Source: Gammaproteobacteria bacterium (GTDB taxonomy: Bacteria; Pseudomonadota; Gammaproteobacteria; Steroidobacterales; JABDKV01). Taken from it: 44,365 nt of DNA. Below are positions 43,783 through 44,365 of this stretch, piece by piece. The notes under the pieces are model-generated. The model had not been told where the DNA came from. It did no database searches and saw nothing but the letters and a program-made list of their open reading frames with translations. The stretch spans positions 1-44,365 of the forward strand of contig JABDKV010000325.1 in NCBI GenBank assembly GCA_013002045.1, given 5' to 3'. Numbering within the stretch: the first letter of the stretch is position 1; every line of letters starts with the position of its first letter. The translations under genes and the position numbers were made by a program.

Positions 43783-44365
43783 GCGTCCATCTCCAGTAAT
43801 TTCTCCAGCGCTGCCTTGGCCGCGCGTTGCTCGGCGCGACGGCGGCTACCGCCCTCACCGCGGGTCAGGATCGCCGGTTCAGTGACCTGGCAACTGACCT
43901 CGAAGCGTTGGGCATGATCCTCGCCGCTGCGTTTTTCGAGCGTGTATTGGGGTAATCCACGGCCTCGCGCCTGTAACTGTTCCTGTAAACGAGTCTTTGG
44001 ATCACGCAGGGACTCGGCATCGGGCAGCGACTGCAGACGGTCGGCAAAAAGGCCGCCGATCAGCGCACTGGCAGCGCCGAAGCCCGCATCGATGTAGACG
44101 GCCCCGATGACGGCCTCGAGCACATCAGCCATGGTCGACTGGCGCCGGTGACCGCCGCTGCGTTGCTCACCTGGTCCCAATCGAATGTAATCTCCGAGCT
44201 GGAGTTCAGTCGCGATAGCTGCCAGCGACTCACGACGTACAAGGCTGGCGCGTAAACGGCTGAGATCGCCTTCATTGGCGTCGGGTCGGAGTTCGTACAG
44301 TCGTTCTGAAATAACCAGGTCGAGAACGGCGTCGCCGAGAAACTCGAGCCGCTCATTGTGCTGCC
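43779..44365 (-). CDS. rnc: Ribonuclease III, C-terminal ~195 aa. The N-terminus lies beyond the right window edge.
   Basis: My translation of the minus strand from the window end gives QHNERLEFLGDAVLDLVISERLYELRPDANEGDLSRLRASLV..., the RNase III signature ERLEFLGD. It continues in frame into the listed ORF (MADVLEAVIGAVYID...dsRBD). Confidence 0.95.
   Translation of the reverse strand, partial: QHNERLEFLGDAVLDLVISERLYELRPDANEGDLSRLRASLVRRESLAAIATELQLGDYIRLGPGEQRSGGHRRQSTMADVLEAVIGAVYIDAGFGAASALIGGLFADRLQSLPDAESLRDPKTRLQEQLQARGRGLPQYTLEKRSGEDHAQRFEVSCQVTEPAILTRGEGGSRRRAEQRAAKAALEKLLEMDA

Noticed and set aside
1-44365. I searched by eye for CRISPR arrays, tRNA/rRNA genes, IS elements, integrases, toxin-antitoxin pairs and defence-system hallmarks.
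   Set aside because: No spaced direct repeats, no cloverleaf-like sequence in the few intergenic gaps, and no transposase, integrase, nuclease-ATPase or reverse-transcriptase signatures appear in any ORF. A computational scan (tRNAscan, Infernal, a defence-system HMM set) would be needed to make this negative definitive.

Overview
This is a GC-rich (by eye roughly 60% GC), very gene-dense chromosomal segment of a gammaproteobacterium. I count 42 protein-coding genes, two of them truncated by the window edges. Reading both strands, I found no rRNA, tRNA, CRISPR array, transposase, integrase or prophage gene.

From about 13.6 kb to the right end the content is conserved housekeeping synteny of the Pseudomonas/Xanthomonas type:
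- fabH-plsX-rpmF-yceD (-)
- maf (+)
- rluC (-), divergent from rne (+)
- ptp-kdsB-lpxK-msbA-exbD-exbB-comEC (-)
- lolD-lolE-lolC (-)
- a small exported protein, mfd and a CsiV-like gene (+)
- nagZ-YkuD-rlmD (-)
- a hybrid histidine kinase in the BarA/GacS position (+)
- acpS-recO-era-rnc (-)

The left ~13.6 kb is the less conserved part:
- a lexA-imuA-imuB SOS mutagenesis cassette (imuB runs off position 1) with two canonical LexA boxes
- a LOV-like PAS-GGDEF-EAL protein and a GST
- a 1045-aa secreted beta-propeller / di-haem peroxidase-like protein with thrombospondin-type-3 and dockerin-like Ca-binding repeats
- a three-gene operon: output-less PAS protein, small membrane protein, acidic secreted protein
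- a GGDEF cyclase translationally coupled to an AlkA-like glycosylase
- a cyclase/formamidase-family protein with a degenerate metal motif
- a small orphan ORF behind a perfect CRP-type palindrome

I do not see a self-evidently novel multi-gene system: there is no defence-like, toxin-antitoxin or mobile module. The best candidates for something undescribed are:
- the giant secreted haem/propeller/dockerin protein (4494-7631)
- the PAS/membrane/secreted operon (7821-10502)
- the signal-peptide-less YkuD enzyme coupled to nagZ (37924-38412)
- the minimal BarA/GacS-like kinase (39808-41805)

All function calls come from motif recognition in the supplied translations and from my own translation of the window edges. 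None comes from a database search.
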